64,000 bases of DNA from Gemmatimonadota bacterium (GTDB taxonomy: Bacteria; Gemmatimonadota; Gemmatimonadetes; Gemmatimonadales; Gemmatimonadaceae). Position 1 is the first letter of the stretch. Every line of letters starts with the position of its first letter. Under the pieces are notes generated by a model. That model saw nothing but the letters and a program-made list of their open reading frames with translations. It ran no database searches and was not told the origin of the DNA. Both the position numbers and the translations under genes were made by a program. The stretch is taken from the NCBI GenBank assembly GCA_031372565.1, contig JANMLN010000192.1:1-64000 (forward strand), given 5' to 3'. Positions 50,741 to 60,201 of the stretch are shown one piece after another.

Positions 50741-51127
50741 CTACGCAGTGGCGCGCTGCTTGATTCGCTTCTTGAGCCGCTTGCGCATGAGCTTGAGCTC
50801 CTCGGGGGTGGCTTCGCGCTCGCGCGCGAGCCGGTCCACCAATGCCGCCGGTGACCCCCCGAAGAACGGGCCGAGCAGCCGGTGGAGTTCCGCGCCGGCC
50901 GCTTCGTCGCGTGTGACCATGGCGCGGAACCGGTGGGCGCGTCCGTCGCGCCGATGCGCCACATGCCCCTTGGCGTCGAGGGTGCGCAGGATCGTGAGCA
51001 CGGTGGTGTAGGCGAGCGGATCGGTGATGGCGGCGCGGACATCGGCCACGGTGCTCGGACCCAACGTCCAGAGGGCCGCCATCACGTCGAGCTCGCGGCC
51101 AGTGAACAGGGGCAGGGGGCGGGCCAT
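50741..51127 (-). CDS. BlaI/MecI/CopY family transcriptional repressor
   Basis: RELDVMAALW..G..TVADV, LAYTTVLTILRTL..KG.V, GRAHRF, FFGGSPAALV. Confidence 0.92.
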   Translation of the reverse strand: MARPLPLFTGRELDVMAALWTLGPSTVADVRAAITDPLAYTTVLTILRTLDAKGHVAHRRDGRAHRFRAMVTRDEAAGAELHRLLGPFFGGSPAALVDRLAREREATPEELKLMRKRLKKRIKQRATA

Positions 51128-51163
51128 CACGGAATGTCGCCCGAGCACGGGCGCGGGTCAACA

Positions 51164-51177
51164 ACTAGATTGCTAGT
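51164..51177. promoter_or_regulatory. Candidate BlaI-type operator palindrome
   Basis: ACTAG-ATTG-CTAGT in the AT-rich gap between divergent blaI-like and 2H genes, next to a minus-strand TTGACC (51161-51156). Confidence 0.55.
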
Positions 51178-51179
51178 AG

Positions 51180-51797
51180 ATGCGGATGCCAGGCAAGGAC
51201 GATGATGCAGCATGGGAGCTCCCACCGGACGACGACATCCCTGATTCGGGGGTCGATTGGCGCCGGGCGGCTGGCTCGTTCGTGCTCGTGCCGATCCTCG
51301 GTGCCGCCGGGATGGCGCTGGATGCCATGCGGCGCACCTTCGACCCCAAGCTGGCCAACAGCAACGCGCCACACCTGTCGCTGATCGGTTCGTCCGGTGC
51401 AGGGCCGATCTTGCCCGGTGAGCCAACCGACCAGATCCGCGCGGCCGTGCACGCGGTGGCCGCCCGCGTGGCGCCGTTCGAGGTGGCGGCTGGGCTCCCG
51501 ATGCGCTTTCCCGGCACCGACATCATCTCGTTCGAACTCGATCCGCACGGACCACTGCGCGCGCTGCACGAAGCGGTCAAGGCGAGCGGATTGCGGTTCG
51601 GTCCGGTGCGGTTCCCCTTCTCGCCGCACCTCACCATCAACTTCTACCGGACGCTGGACCGGGCCCGCGAGCGCGCGCTGCTCAAGCTGCGCCTTGAGGT
51701 TCCGATCGTGATCGATCGGCTCGAGCTCTCGCGTACGAACGACCCGCAGCCGCCGTCGGCGCTCTTCACGGTGCCGCTCAGCGGCCCTCGCGCGTGA
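51180..51797 (+). CDS. 2H phosphoesterase (2'-5' RNA ligase family)
   Basis: Two HxS/T motifs: PHLSL and PHLTI. Confidence 0.8.
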   Translation: MRMPGKDDDAAWELPPDDDIPDSGVDWRRAAGSFVLVPILGAAGMALDAMRRTFDPKLANSNAPHLSLIGSSGAGPILPGEPTDQIRAAVHAVAARVAPFEVAAGLPMRFPGTDIISFELDPHGPLRALHEAVKASGLRFGPVRFPFSPHLTINFYRTLDRARERALLKLRLEVPIVIDRLELSRTNDPQPPSALFTVPLSGPRA

Positions 51798-53467
51798 GCC
51801 CTAGCTTTCGCATCATGAGCGTTGCCCTGCGTCGCGCCCTGCACGTGCCCCTGGTTGCCGGATGGCTGCTCGCGATCGTGGCGGCGCCGCTCGTGGCGCA
51901 GCTCTCCTTGCTCAAGGCCCGGCCAGCGGACGACACGACGCGTCCGCGCGCGCGCACAGAAGAGACCGAGGGGGTTGATCCGGATTCACCACGGGCGGCC
52001 GTGCGCGATTTCGAGCGCGCCGCGCGCCGGGGCAACTGGACGGAGGCGGCGCGCTATGTCGTTGTTCCAGCCGAGTCCGCGTCGCGCGCGCCGGAGCTCG
52101 CCCGTCGTCTGGCCGCCGTGCTCGATCGCCACATCGAGATCCGGCTCGACCTGCTCTCGCCCCGCGCGGCGGGGGATACGGCCGACGGCCTGAGCGCCGA
52201 TCGCGAACAGATCGGTCGCATTCCATCGGCGGAGCTGGGCACGCAACCGGTGCGCCTGACCCGCCTGGAACAGCCGCCGCCCGCGCATTGGGTGTTTGCG
52301 CCACGCACGATCGCCAACATCGACGGATGGTACGATGAACTCGAGGACCGGTGGCTGCGCGACCGGCTACCCGACTGGCTCTTTCTGGCGGGGCCGTTGC
52401 AAGTCCAGTGGTGGCAGTGGCTGGCGGTCCTGCTCTTCCTGCCACTGGTGGCGCTGCTGACCTTCCTGCTGCGCCCCGTTCTGCGCGCGGCGGTGCATGC
52501 GCTGCCCATCACGACCGAGCGGACAGCCGAGGTGCTGGTCGCGGTGCTGGGAACGCCGACGCTCACGGTGATCGCCGCCTTCCTGCTGCAACAAGCGGCG
52601 GCACCGGTGTTGGTCACAGCGGCTGGCCGCCGGGTGATCGGCGCGACGGTCATGGCGTTGATCATCGCCGCACTGACCTGGTGGGTCCTGCGCGCGGTGA
52701 CGGTCGTCGTGCACCTGGTCCCGGATGCCGACATCACCACGGGTCGTCCCGGCATGCGGTCGGCGCTGCAACTCGGCGGGCGCGTGGCCAAGGTGCTGGT
52801 CGTGTTCGCCGGCATCGTCGCCATCTTCGCGGACTTCGGCTATCCGGTCGGGACGCTCCTCGCCGGCCTCGGCATCGGTGGTATTGCCGTGGCCCTTGGC
52901 GCGCAGAAGACGCTCGAACACTTCTTCGGGTCGGTCTCCATCGGCATCGACCAGCCGCTCCGAGTGGGCGACTGGGTCAAGATCGAGGAGTTCGAGGGCG
53001 AAGTGGAGTACATCGGGCTGCGCTCCACGCGCATCCGCACGCTCGAGCGCACCCTGATCTCGTTGCCGAACGGCAAGCTCGCCGAGATGCGGACGGAGAA
53101 CTTTGCGCAGCGCGACCGGATCCGCTTCTTCACGCTGCTCGGCGTCGAATACACCACACCGCCGGCGCAGCTCCGCGCGGTACGCGATGCGCTCGAAGCG
53201 GCACTGCGCGCGCATCCGGGCATCTGGCAGGACCGCGTGGTGGTCCGCATCAAGGAGTTCGCGGCGTACGCCATCAACATCGAGATCATGGCCTGGTTCG
53301 TCACGTCGGAGGTCGATGACTTCCGCGCGGCGCGCGAGGCGATGCTGCTGCGCTTCCTGGATCTGTTGGCCGCGCACGACGTGCGGCTGGCCTACCCGAC
53401 GCAGACGATGCAGGTGATCGGGACGAACCCGGTGGCGACGGACGCCGGAGCGCCGCCCGCGCCCTGA
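51794..53467 (+). CDS. MscS-family mechanosensitive channel with a periplasmic N-terminal domain
   Basis: DSPRAAV, LLAGLGIGGIAVALGAQKT, DQPLRVGDWV, GEVEYIGLRSTRIRT, AYPTQT. Confidence 0.92.
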   Translation: MSPSFRIMSVALRRALHVPLVAGWLLAIVAAPLVAQLSLLKARPADDTTRPRARTEETEGVDPDSPRAAVRDFERAARRGNWTEAARYVVVPAESASRAPELARRLAAVLDRHIEIRLDLLSPRAAGDTADGLSADREQIGRIPSAELGTQPVRLTRLEQPPPAHWVFAPRTIANIDGWYDELEDRWLRDRLPDWLFLAGPLQVQWWQWLAVLLFLPLVALLTFLLRPVLRAAVHALPITTERTAEVLVAVLGTPTLTVIAAFLLQQAAAPVLVTAAGRRVIGATVMALIIAALTWWVLRAVTVVVHLVPDADITTGRPGMRSALQLGGRVAKVLVVFAGIVAIFADFGYPVGTLLAGLGIGGIAVALGAQKTLEHFFGSVSIGIDQPLRVGDWVKIEEFEGEVEYIGLRSTRIRTLERTLISLPNGKLAEMRTENFAQRDRIRFFTLLGVEYTTPPAQLRAVRDALEAALRAHPGIWQDRVVVRIKEFAAYAINIEIMAWFVTSEVDDFRAAREAMLLRFLDLLAAHDVRLAYPTQTMQVIGTNPVATDAGAPPAP

Positions 53468-53470
53468 CGC

Positions 53471-55750
53471 CTACCCGCGCGTGCGGCGCAGCGTGGCCTT
53501 GACGCGACCGAGGAAGCGGCGCGGGTCGTACGGCTTGCGGATGTAGTCGTCGGCGCCGTCGTCGAGCAGCCCCGTTTCGAGCGCCTCGTCGCTGCTACCG
53601 GTCAGGATGATGATCGGTACCCCGGCGGTCAGGACATCGGCGCGCATCTCGCGCAGCACGTCGTGGCCACTCACGTTCGGCATGTCGAGGTCGAGGACCA
53701 CGAGATCATACGTGATCCCCGAGCGTATGCGCTCGAGCGCCTCGGCGCCGTCGGTCGCCTCATCGACCTCGAACTTCTCGGACATGAGCAGCGCGCGCGC
53801 GATCATCCGGTTGGCGCCATCGTCATCGACCACCAGGACGCGCGGCACCGCGTCGGGCCGCGCATCCTCGGCGATGGCCGCGAGCACGCGCTCGGCCGCG
53901 AGTGCGATCGTGCCGCGCGGCGCAGCCACGGGTTCCGGAAGCTCGACCGACGGCCGCAGTTGCTGTGCGATCGGCGGTGTGCCAACCGGTGTCGTGCTCG
54001 CGGTCGACGGCTCGGCGGCGAGCGGCGGGAGTCCCTCGTGCGCCTTGTCGTCGACATCACCCAACACGCGCTCGAGTTCCTGCAGCGTCGTGTCGCCCAT
54101 CGCGACGCGATCCACGCCGGTGGCGCGCAGCGAGCGCATCCCGTTCTGGACCGCGACGGCCTCGATCTGGCCGATCGTCCTGCCCTGCGCGATCATCTCC
54201 GCAATGTCGGGCGTGACCTCGAAGACCTGCGCGAGCGGCAGCCGGCCACGGTAGGCTGCGTCCTTGGACGCTTCGCCCCCGCCGACGCGCACAATCGGGC
54301 GGACCTCGAACGCCTGCGCCAGCCGCTCCTCTTCGTCGGTCAGGGCACCGTCGGGCTCGATGAGCTCCGCGACGGCCGGGTTGATCCGCCGCACGAGGCG
54401 CTGCGCCACGGCGCCGCGCAGCGTGGTCGCGATGGTCGCGTTGTCGAGTCCCAGATCGGAGAGTCGCCGGATGGCGCTCGGGGCATCGTTGGTATGCAGC
54501 GTGGCCAGCACGAGGTGTCCGGTCAGCGACGCCTGCGCGGCCATGGCGGCGGTCTCCGGGTCGCGGATCTCGCCCACGAAGATCACGTCCGGGTCCTGCC
54601 GCAGGATGGCGCGCAACGCCGAGGCGAACGTGACCCCCTGCTTGGTTTCCACCTGGATCTGCGTGACCCCGGGCAGCTCGAACTCGATCGGGTCCTCGAC
54701 CGTCATGATGTTGATGTCGGGACCGTGGATCTCCTGCAACGCGGCGTAGAGCGTTGTGGTCTTGCCCGAGCCGGTGGGCCCGGTGACCACGACGATGCCA
54801 TCGCGATGCGTGAGCAGGCGCTTGAAGCGCAGCAGTTCGGGTTCCAGGAGCCCGACCTGCGAGAGCGGCACTGCGCGCTGCGTGTCGAGAATGCGGATCA
54901 CGCACTTCTCGGCACCACGCGCGGGAATCGTCGAGATGCGCAGGTCGTAGGTGCGGCCGTGCATGTGCACGCGGGCGCGTCCATCCTGCGGGCGCAGCCG
55001 GTCGGCGATGTCGAGCTTCGCCATGACCTTGATGCGCGAGATCACGCGACTGAGCGCCGGCAGCGGCATCTGCCCCGAGTTCACCAGCACGCCGTCGATG
55101 CGGTAGCGGACGATCCCCTGATTGCCGGCGGGCTGTAGGTGGATGTCGCTCGTGTTGCGCTCGATGGCGCGCTGCAGCACGAGGTTGACCAGCTGCACCA
55201 CCGGGCCGGAGGTGGCCTCATCGGCGCTGACGTTGTTCTGCGCGGCGATCTCGTCGTCGTCGATGACGCGAATGCCGGCACCGGCGTCATGCACGCCGCG
55301 CAGCATCTGCTCGATGGTCTGCTCAGGCGAGTAGGTGGCCTCGATCATCTCGTGCAGCGCGATCGGCGAGGCCACCTCGCACTTGACGGTGCGACCGGCG
55401 GCAAAGCCGACGTCCTGCTCCATCTGCATGTCGGTCGGATCGGCCGTCGCGACCGTGATGCTCCGATCGTCGCAGCGCATCGGGAAGATGAAGTGCCGTC
55501 GCACGAGACGCTCGGGCAACAGCTTCCGGGCGCCGGGTTCGGCACGTCCGAGATTCGCAACCGGCAGCCGGAAGTGCTCGCTCACGCGCCTGGCCAGCGT
55601 CTCGCCGTCGAGGGCGCACCCGTCCATCACCTGCTTCCACGCGTCCACGACGGTCGCGCCCACCGGCGTCTCGAGCGAGGCGGCGCCGAGGACGTCGGCA
55701 CGTCGCGCGACGCCGACAATCCAATGGGAGGGACGAATCAGGGTGCTCAC
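53471..55750 (-). CDS. PilB/GspE-family traffic ATPase with an N-terminal MshEN-type domain and a C-terminal receiver domain
   Basis: SDIHLQP, RYRIDGVL, RPQDGR, Walker A GPTGSGKTT, TVEDPIE, LRQDPDVIFVGEIRD, GHLVLATLH; REC VVDDD..LDLDMP..T..KP. Confidence 0.93.
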   Translation of the reverse strand: MSTLIRPSHWIVGVARRADVLGAASLETPVGATVVDAWKQVMDGCALDGETLARRVSEHFRLPVANLGRAEPGARKLLPERLVRRHFIFPMRCDDRSITVATADPTDMQMEQDVGFAAGRTVKCEVASPIALHEMIEATYSPEQTIEQMLRGVHDAGAGIRVIDDDEIAAQNNVSADEATSGPVVQLVNLVLQRAIERNTSDIHLQPAGNQGIVRYRIDGVLVNSGQMPLPALSRVISRIKVMAKLDIADRLRPQDGRARVHMHGRTYDLRISTIPARGAEKCVIRILDTQRAVPLSQVGLLEPELLRFKRLLTHRDGIVVVTGPTGSGKTTTLYAALQEIHGPDINIMTVEDPIEFELPGVTQIQVETKQGVTFASALRAILRQDPDVIFVGEIRDPETAAMAAQASLTGHLVLATLHTNDAPSAIRRLSDLGLDNATIATTLRGAVAQRLVRRINPAVAELIEPDGALTDEEERLAQAFEVRPIVRVGGGEASKDAAYRGRLPLAQVFEVTPDIAEMIAQGRTIGQIEAVAVQNGMRSLRATGVDRVAMGDTTLQELERVLGDVDDKAHEGLPPLAAEPSTASTTPVGTPPIAQQLRPSVELPEPVAAPRGTIALAAERVLAAIAEDARPDAVPRVLVVDDDGANRMIARALLMSEKFEVDEATDGAEALERIRSGITYDLVVLDLDMPNVSGHDVLREMRADVLTAGVPIIILTGSSDEALETGLLDDGADDYIRKPYDPRRFLGRVKATLRRTRG

Positions 55751-55835
55751 GGGGTGGGACCGGCAGGGGACTGAACGACGGACGACGCTTCCCTGCAAGT
55801 ATCGGCGGGCGCGCCGATATCGTGAGGTGACGCGG

Positions 55836-56555
55836 CTAGGCCGCGACTCGCCGAAGCACCGCCTGCACGCGGGCGAGAAACGCCTTCGGTTCGATCGGCT
55901 TGCTCACGAAGTCATCCACGCCGCCGGCGAGCAGGGCGTTCTCGAGCTCGTCGTCGCTCGAGGCGGTGAGGATGATCACAGGAAGCTCCGGTGCCACGCC
56001 CTCGATGCGCAGCTGACGGAACAGCTCGTGCCCGTCGACGTTGGGCATGTCCAGATCAACGATGGCGAGGTCCGGCGGCTCACCAGCTGCGAGCGCCGCA
56101 AGTGCCTCCGCACCGTCGCGCACTTCGGTGACCACGAAGCGCGATGCCTTCAACAAGGCACACACGATCATCCGCGTCGCGCCGTTGTCCTCGGCCACCA
56201 GGATGCGGGTCGGCCGATTAGCCGCTGGCGCACCCGGGGTTCGCGGACGGCGGAGACAGGCGCGCGTGTACGCCGTTGCGATGGCGGCCGCGATGTCATC
56301 GGGCGCGGCAATCTCGAGCGCGACGCTCCGGCCCGACAGATCCGCGATCTCGTGCAACATCAGTGCGTTGGTCGGGTCCGCGACGGCGACCGTCAACATC
56401 CCGCCATCGACGCGTACGGGGAACGCGCCGTGCCGCTGTGCCACGTGCGACGGCAGCATGGCGAGCGCCGCCGGGTCGGCCCCCCCCAGATTCGCCAGAC
56501 GCATGCGATAGCGCTGAGCGACGGCCGCTGCGGAGAACACGTCAACGACCGTCAT
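55836..56555 (-). CDS. MshEN-type domain plus receiver domain protein (no ATPase)
   Basis: ATGA overlap with the kinase; LP..VAQRH.AFP...DGG.LTVAVADP..IA..SGR.V.LEIA followed by REC AED..DLDMP..T..KP. Confidence 0.85.
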   Translation of the reverse strand: MTVVDVFSAAAVAQRYRMRLANLGGADPAALAMLPSHVAQRHGAFPVRVDGGMLTVAVADPTNALMLHEIADLSGRSVALEIAAPDDIAAAIATAYTRACLRRPRTPGAPAANRPTRILVAEDNGATRMIVCALLKASRFVVTEVRDGAEALAALAAGEPPDLAIVDLDMPNVDGHELFRQLRIEGVAPELPVIILTASSDDELENALLAGGVDDFVSKPIEPKAFLARVQAVLRRVAA

Positions 56556-59500
56556 GCCGCCTTCTCCTGGCGCGCCTGCTCCAACTGCGCGACGACCGCA
56601 CCCCACTCGCGCTCCACCGCCTCGCGCAGGGCGCGCGCCCCCGCGAGGTCACCCGCCTTGCCCGCGGCCTCCATGTCGCCGAACAGCGCGGCCACACGAT
56701 GTGCGTGCAGGCTCCCGGACGAACCCTTGAGCGCGTGGGCCGCCGATGCCACCCCGCGCGTGTCTGACGCATCGAGTGCCGCACGCAAGGCCACCATCCG
56801 CTCGGGCCCCTCGCGGAGGAAGGTCTCGATGGTCTGGTCCACGATGAACTCGATGCCGGCCTCCCGCATCGACTCACGGAAGGCGGCCACATCCACGGCC
56901 GGTTCCGCCGGCGCGACGGCCCCGGTGGCGTGAGGCGTGAGGCGCATGACCCCCGCCGGTAGCGCAGCCGGCTCGGACACAGCGGCAGCGGGTGCTGCCG
57001 CATCGGCGCGCGGGCTCCCGTCGGGCGTCCGGAAGATGATGGCGCTGACGCCACGCGGGCCCGGGACCGGCGGCGCCTGCGCGATGGCCTGCTCCACCAC
57101 ATGGCCGATCGTGCTCGTGTCGACCCACCCCTCGATGGCCGAGAACAGTTCGTGTGCCTTGAAGGGCTTGGTCAGGAACCCGTTCATGCCGGCCGCAGCG
57201 CATCGCTCGCGTTCCTCCTGGAAGGCATGCGCCGTGAGGGCAAGGATCGGCAGCTTGGCGAAGCGGGAGTCCTGCCGGATGCGCTTGGTGGCCTCGACGC
57301 CGTCGAGTTCCGGCATCTGGATGTCCATCAGGACAAGGTCGAACGTCCCGTGCATGACCGCCTCGACCGCCAGCGCGCCGTTCACCACCATCGTCACGTT
57401 GTGGCCTCGCTTCTGCAGCATCGACGACGCGACCTGCCGGTTCACTTCCCCGTCCTCGGCCAGCAGGATGTTGAGCGGTCGCAGCGCCTCGCGCACTTCG
57501 TATCGCGTGATGATCGACCGGAGCGGAACGCCGGGCATGCTCCGGCGCGCGAGCAAGGCCGAGGCGGTCCAGAGGTACTCGAACCGCGACACGGGCTTGG
57601 TGAGGTAGGCACCGATGCCCAGCTCGCGTGCCTGCTTCGAGTCGCCCGGCTTCCCGGACGACGTCAACACGAGCACGCGCGTCGCCTGGAGCTGCGGGTC
57701 ACGCGCCATCGAGCGCGCCAGCTCGAAGCCGGACACGTCAGGCATCATCAAGTCGAGCGACACGAACTGGAACGGGGCGCCGACCGACACGGCCTCATGC
57801 AGCATGACCAGGGCTTCCGCGACGGTGCCGGCTTCGGCCACCCTGGCGCCGGCCCCCTCGAGGAAATCGCGCACGAGCGCACGCGAGGCCACGCTGTCGT
57901 CCACGACCAGACAGTGCGTGCCACGGAGCGAGGCATGCGTCGGACCCTCCTCCGCCTTGGTCACGAGGTCGCGCTGCAGCGGCAACACGAAGAAGAAGGT
58001 CGAGCCGACGCCGAGCGTGCTCTCCAGCTCGAGGGCGCCTCCCATCATGCCGGTCAGCCGCCGCGAGATCGCGAGCCCGAGCCCGGTGCCGCCGTACTTC
58101 CGCGTGATGGACGAGTCGGCCTGCGTGAACTCGTCGAAGATCGTCTTCTGCACGTCCGGCGCGATGCCGATTCCGGTGTCGCGCACGGCAAAGCGGATGA
58201 GCGGACGGCCATCGCGCTCTCCCTCGACCGACACGGTCACCACGACCTCGCCCTCGTGCGTGAATTTCGAGGCGTTGCTCACGAGGTTGGTGATCACCTG
58301 CCGCAACCGGCCCGGGTCGCCCACCACGTTGGTCGGGACGTCGGGCCGGATGTCGAGCACCAGCTCGTTCGCGTGCTCCGCCGCCTTGGGCATCATGAGG
58401 CGCACGGCGGCCGACACGACCTTGCCGAGGTCGAAGGGCACGTGCTCCAGCTCCAGGTGCCCGGACTCGATCTTCGAGTGATCGAGAATGTCGTTGAGCA
58501 GGGCCAGCAGCGACTCGGCCGAGGTCTGACACAGCTCGGCCAGGCGGCGCTGTTCGATGTTGAGATCCGTGTCGAGCAACAGCTCCACCATGCCCAGCAC
58601 CCCGTTCATCGGCGTGCGGATCTCGTGGCTCATGTTGGCGAGGAAGGCGCTCTTCATCTTCGTCGCCGTCTCGGAACGATCGACCAACTCCCGCATGCGC
58701 GCGCCGGCTTCCTCGCGCGCGGTCAGGTCACGGGCAATGCCCACGAGGCCCAGCGGTTGCCCGGCGGCGTCGAAGTAGGCGGTGCGGACCGTCTCGAAGA
58801 AGATGCGGCGGCCATCGGGCATCTCCACCCATTCTTCCGACTGCACCGGGACGCGCGAGGTGAAGGCCTGCTGATCGAGCATGACGGCAGCGTCGGCCCG
58901 CGAGGCGTCGAAGATCTCCGCCGCGCGCCGCCCGACCACTTCGCTCTCGGTCCGGGCCACGCCTGCCGCGAATGCGTCGTTGCAGCCGCGATAGCTGCCG
59001 TCCGGTGCCAGATGGAAGATGCGGTCCGCGGTGCTGTTGAGCAGCGAGCGGAGCAGCGATCCCTGCCGCGCCAGATCCTCGAGCGTCTGTTCGCGCGCCA
59101 CCCGCGCGCTCACGTCGCGCGTCGTGCCCTGCACGCCGAGAATGGTGCCGTCGAGGTCGCGCAACAGCCGCGCCGACAGTGACACATGCACCTGCTTGCC
59201 CTGCGCGTCGAGGTGCACGCTGGCGTGATCGATCACCTCTTCGCCGGCCAGCACGCGCATCAGCACGCTCAGGTCGCGCCGCACGTAGTCGGGGTGCGTG
59301 CGATCGACGAACGGCAGTCCCACGAACGACTCGGCCGGCGTCTTGTAGACCGTTTCGGCGGCCCGGCTCACGAAGGTCCAGCGGCCGTCGAAGTCCATGC
59401 GCCAGAGCACGTCGCTCGCTTCGTCGACGAAGCGCCGCAACCGGTCCTCGGCAACGCCCACGCGCTCGCTCGCGTCGAGCGACGCCACCAGCTGCTCGTG

Positions 59501-60118
59501 CGCCCGGCCCACGAGCACCGACATCATCGGCCCGAACGCGAGGATCATCGCCAGCAAGGCCAGGCGCATGCCGTCGAGCCCGCCGATCGGGATCCCCACG
59601 AGGAAGGGCACGAGCATCACGAGCGCGAAGATCGTGAAGCTGCGTGGATGTGCGACGAGTGTGCTCGTTGCGCCGGCCACGAGGCCGGCCGCGCCCAGCA
59701 GGAGCAGCGCGAGATGCGCCGTCGACATCGTCAATGAACAGAGCAGGAACACCAGCCCCCACGCGACGCCCGTCGCGATCGTGCCGAGCATCAGGGCGTG
59801 GGTGATCTGGTCGGGATCCGTGAACGTGCGCGCCCGCGTCATCAGGGCGTAGCGCGCGCCGAGCCCTGTGAGCAGCACCGTGACCGTGCCCACGAGCGCC
59901 ATCGGCGACACGTTGCCCAGCAGCTCCGCCACCACGATGAACATGACGACGATCTGCCCCGGAAAGCCCGGGCCCACGTTGTGCAGATAACGTTGCGCCA
60001 GGAGGTGCCGGACCGCGGTGCGTACGCGCAGCCCCTCCAACGCCGTGTCGCCACCGAAGGTGGACGACGCAGGCGCTCGATCAGTCGCGGGGGTGCTGCG
60101 AGGTGGGGCGGAGGTCAT
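56552..60118 (-). CDS. Membrane-bound hybrid histidine kinase (multi-TM, PAS-PAS, HisKA, HATPase, REC, REC, Hpt)
   Basis: N-terminal TM bundle; [42 protein letters not shown] and MDIQMP receivers; AHALKGSS Hpt. Confidence 0.95.
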   Translation of the reverse strand: MTSAPPRSTPATDRAPASSTFGGDTALEGLRVRTAVRHLLAQRYLHNVGPGFPGQIVVMFIVVAELLGNVSPMALVGTVTVLLTGLGARYALMTRARTFTDPDQITHALMLGTIATGVAWGLVFLLCSLTMSTAHLALLLLGAAGLVAGATSTLVAHPRSFTIFALVMLVPFLVGIPIGGLDGMRLALLAMILAFGPMMSVLVGRAHEQLVASLDASERVGVAEDRLRRFVDEASDVLWRMDFDGRWTFVSRAAETVYKTPAESFVGLPFVDRTHPDYVRRDLSVLMRVLAGEEVIDHASVHLDAQGKQVHVSLSARLLRDLDGTILGVQGTTRDVSARVAREQTLEDLARQGSLLRSLLNSTADRIFHLAPDGSYRGCNDAFAAGVARTESEVVGRRAAEIFDASRADAAVMLDQQAFTSRVPVQSEEWVEMPDGRRIFFETVRTAYFDAAGQPLGLVGIARDLTAREEAGARMRELVDRSETATKMKSAFLANMSHEIRTPMNGVLGMVELLLDTDLNIEQRRLAELCQTSAESLLALLNDILDHSKIESGHLELEHVPFDLGKVVSAAVRLMMPKAAEHANELVLDIRPDVPTNVVGDPGRLRQVITNLVSNASKFTHEGEVVVTVSVEGERDGRPLIRFAVRDTGIGIAPDVQKTIFDEFTQADSSITRKYGGTGLGLAISRRLTGMMGGALELESTLGVGSTFFFVLPLQRDLVTKAEEGPTHASLRGTHCLVVDDSVASRALVRDFLEGAGARVAEAGTVAEALVMLHEAVSVGAPFQFVSLDLMMPDVSGFELARSMARDPQLQATRVLVLTSSGKPGDSKQARELGIGAYLTKPVSRFEYLWTASALLARRSMPGVPLRSIITRYEVREALRPLNILLAEDGEVNRQVASSMLQKRGHNVTMVVNGALAVEAVMHGTFDLVLMDIQMPELDGVEATKRIRQDSRFAKLPILALTAHAFQEERERCAAAGMNGFLTKPFKAHELFSAIEGWVDTSTIGHVVEQAIAQAPPVPGPRGVSAIIFRTPDGSPRADAAAPAAAVSEPAALPAGVMRLTPHATGAVAPAEPAVDVAAFRESMREAGIEFIVDQTIETFLREGPERMVALRAALDASDTRGVASAAHALKGSSGSLHAHRVAALFGDMEAAGKAGDLAGARALREAVEREWGAVVAQLEQARQEKAA

Positions 60119-60201
60119 GGCGGAGTCTCAGGTCGTCCCTGCGTCGGGCCGGGAAACTCCTTCGGGTATCGACCGCCGACCGTCGATTCTTGTCTCGGGC
60201 G

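Noticed and set aside
55800..55819. Small hairpin tatcggcg-ggcg-cgccgata between the MshEN-REC and ATPase genes
   Set aside because: 8-bp stem with no U-tract; expected by chance at this GC content
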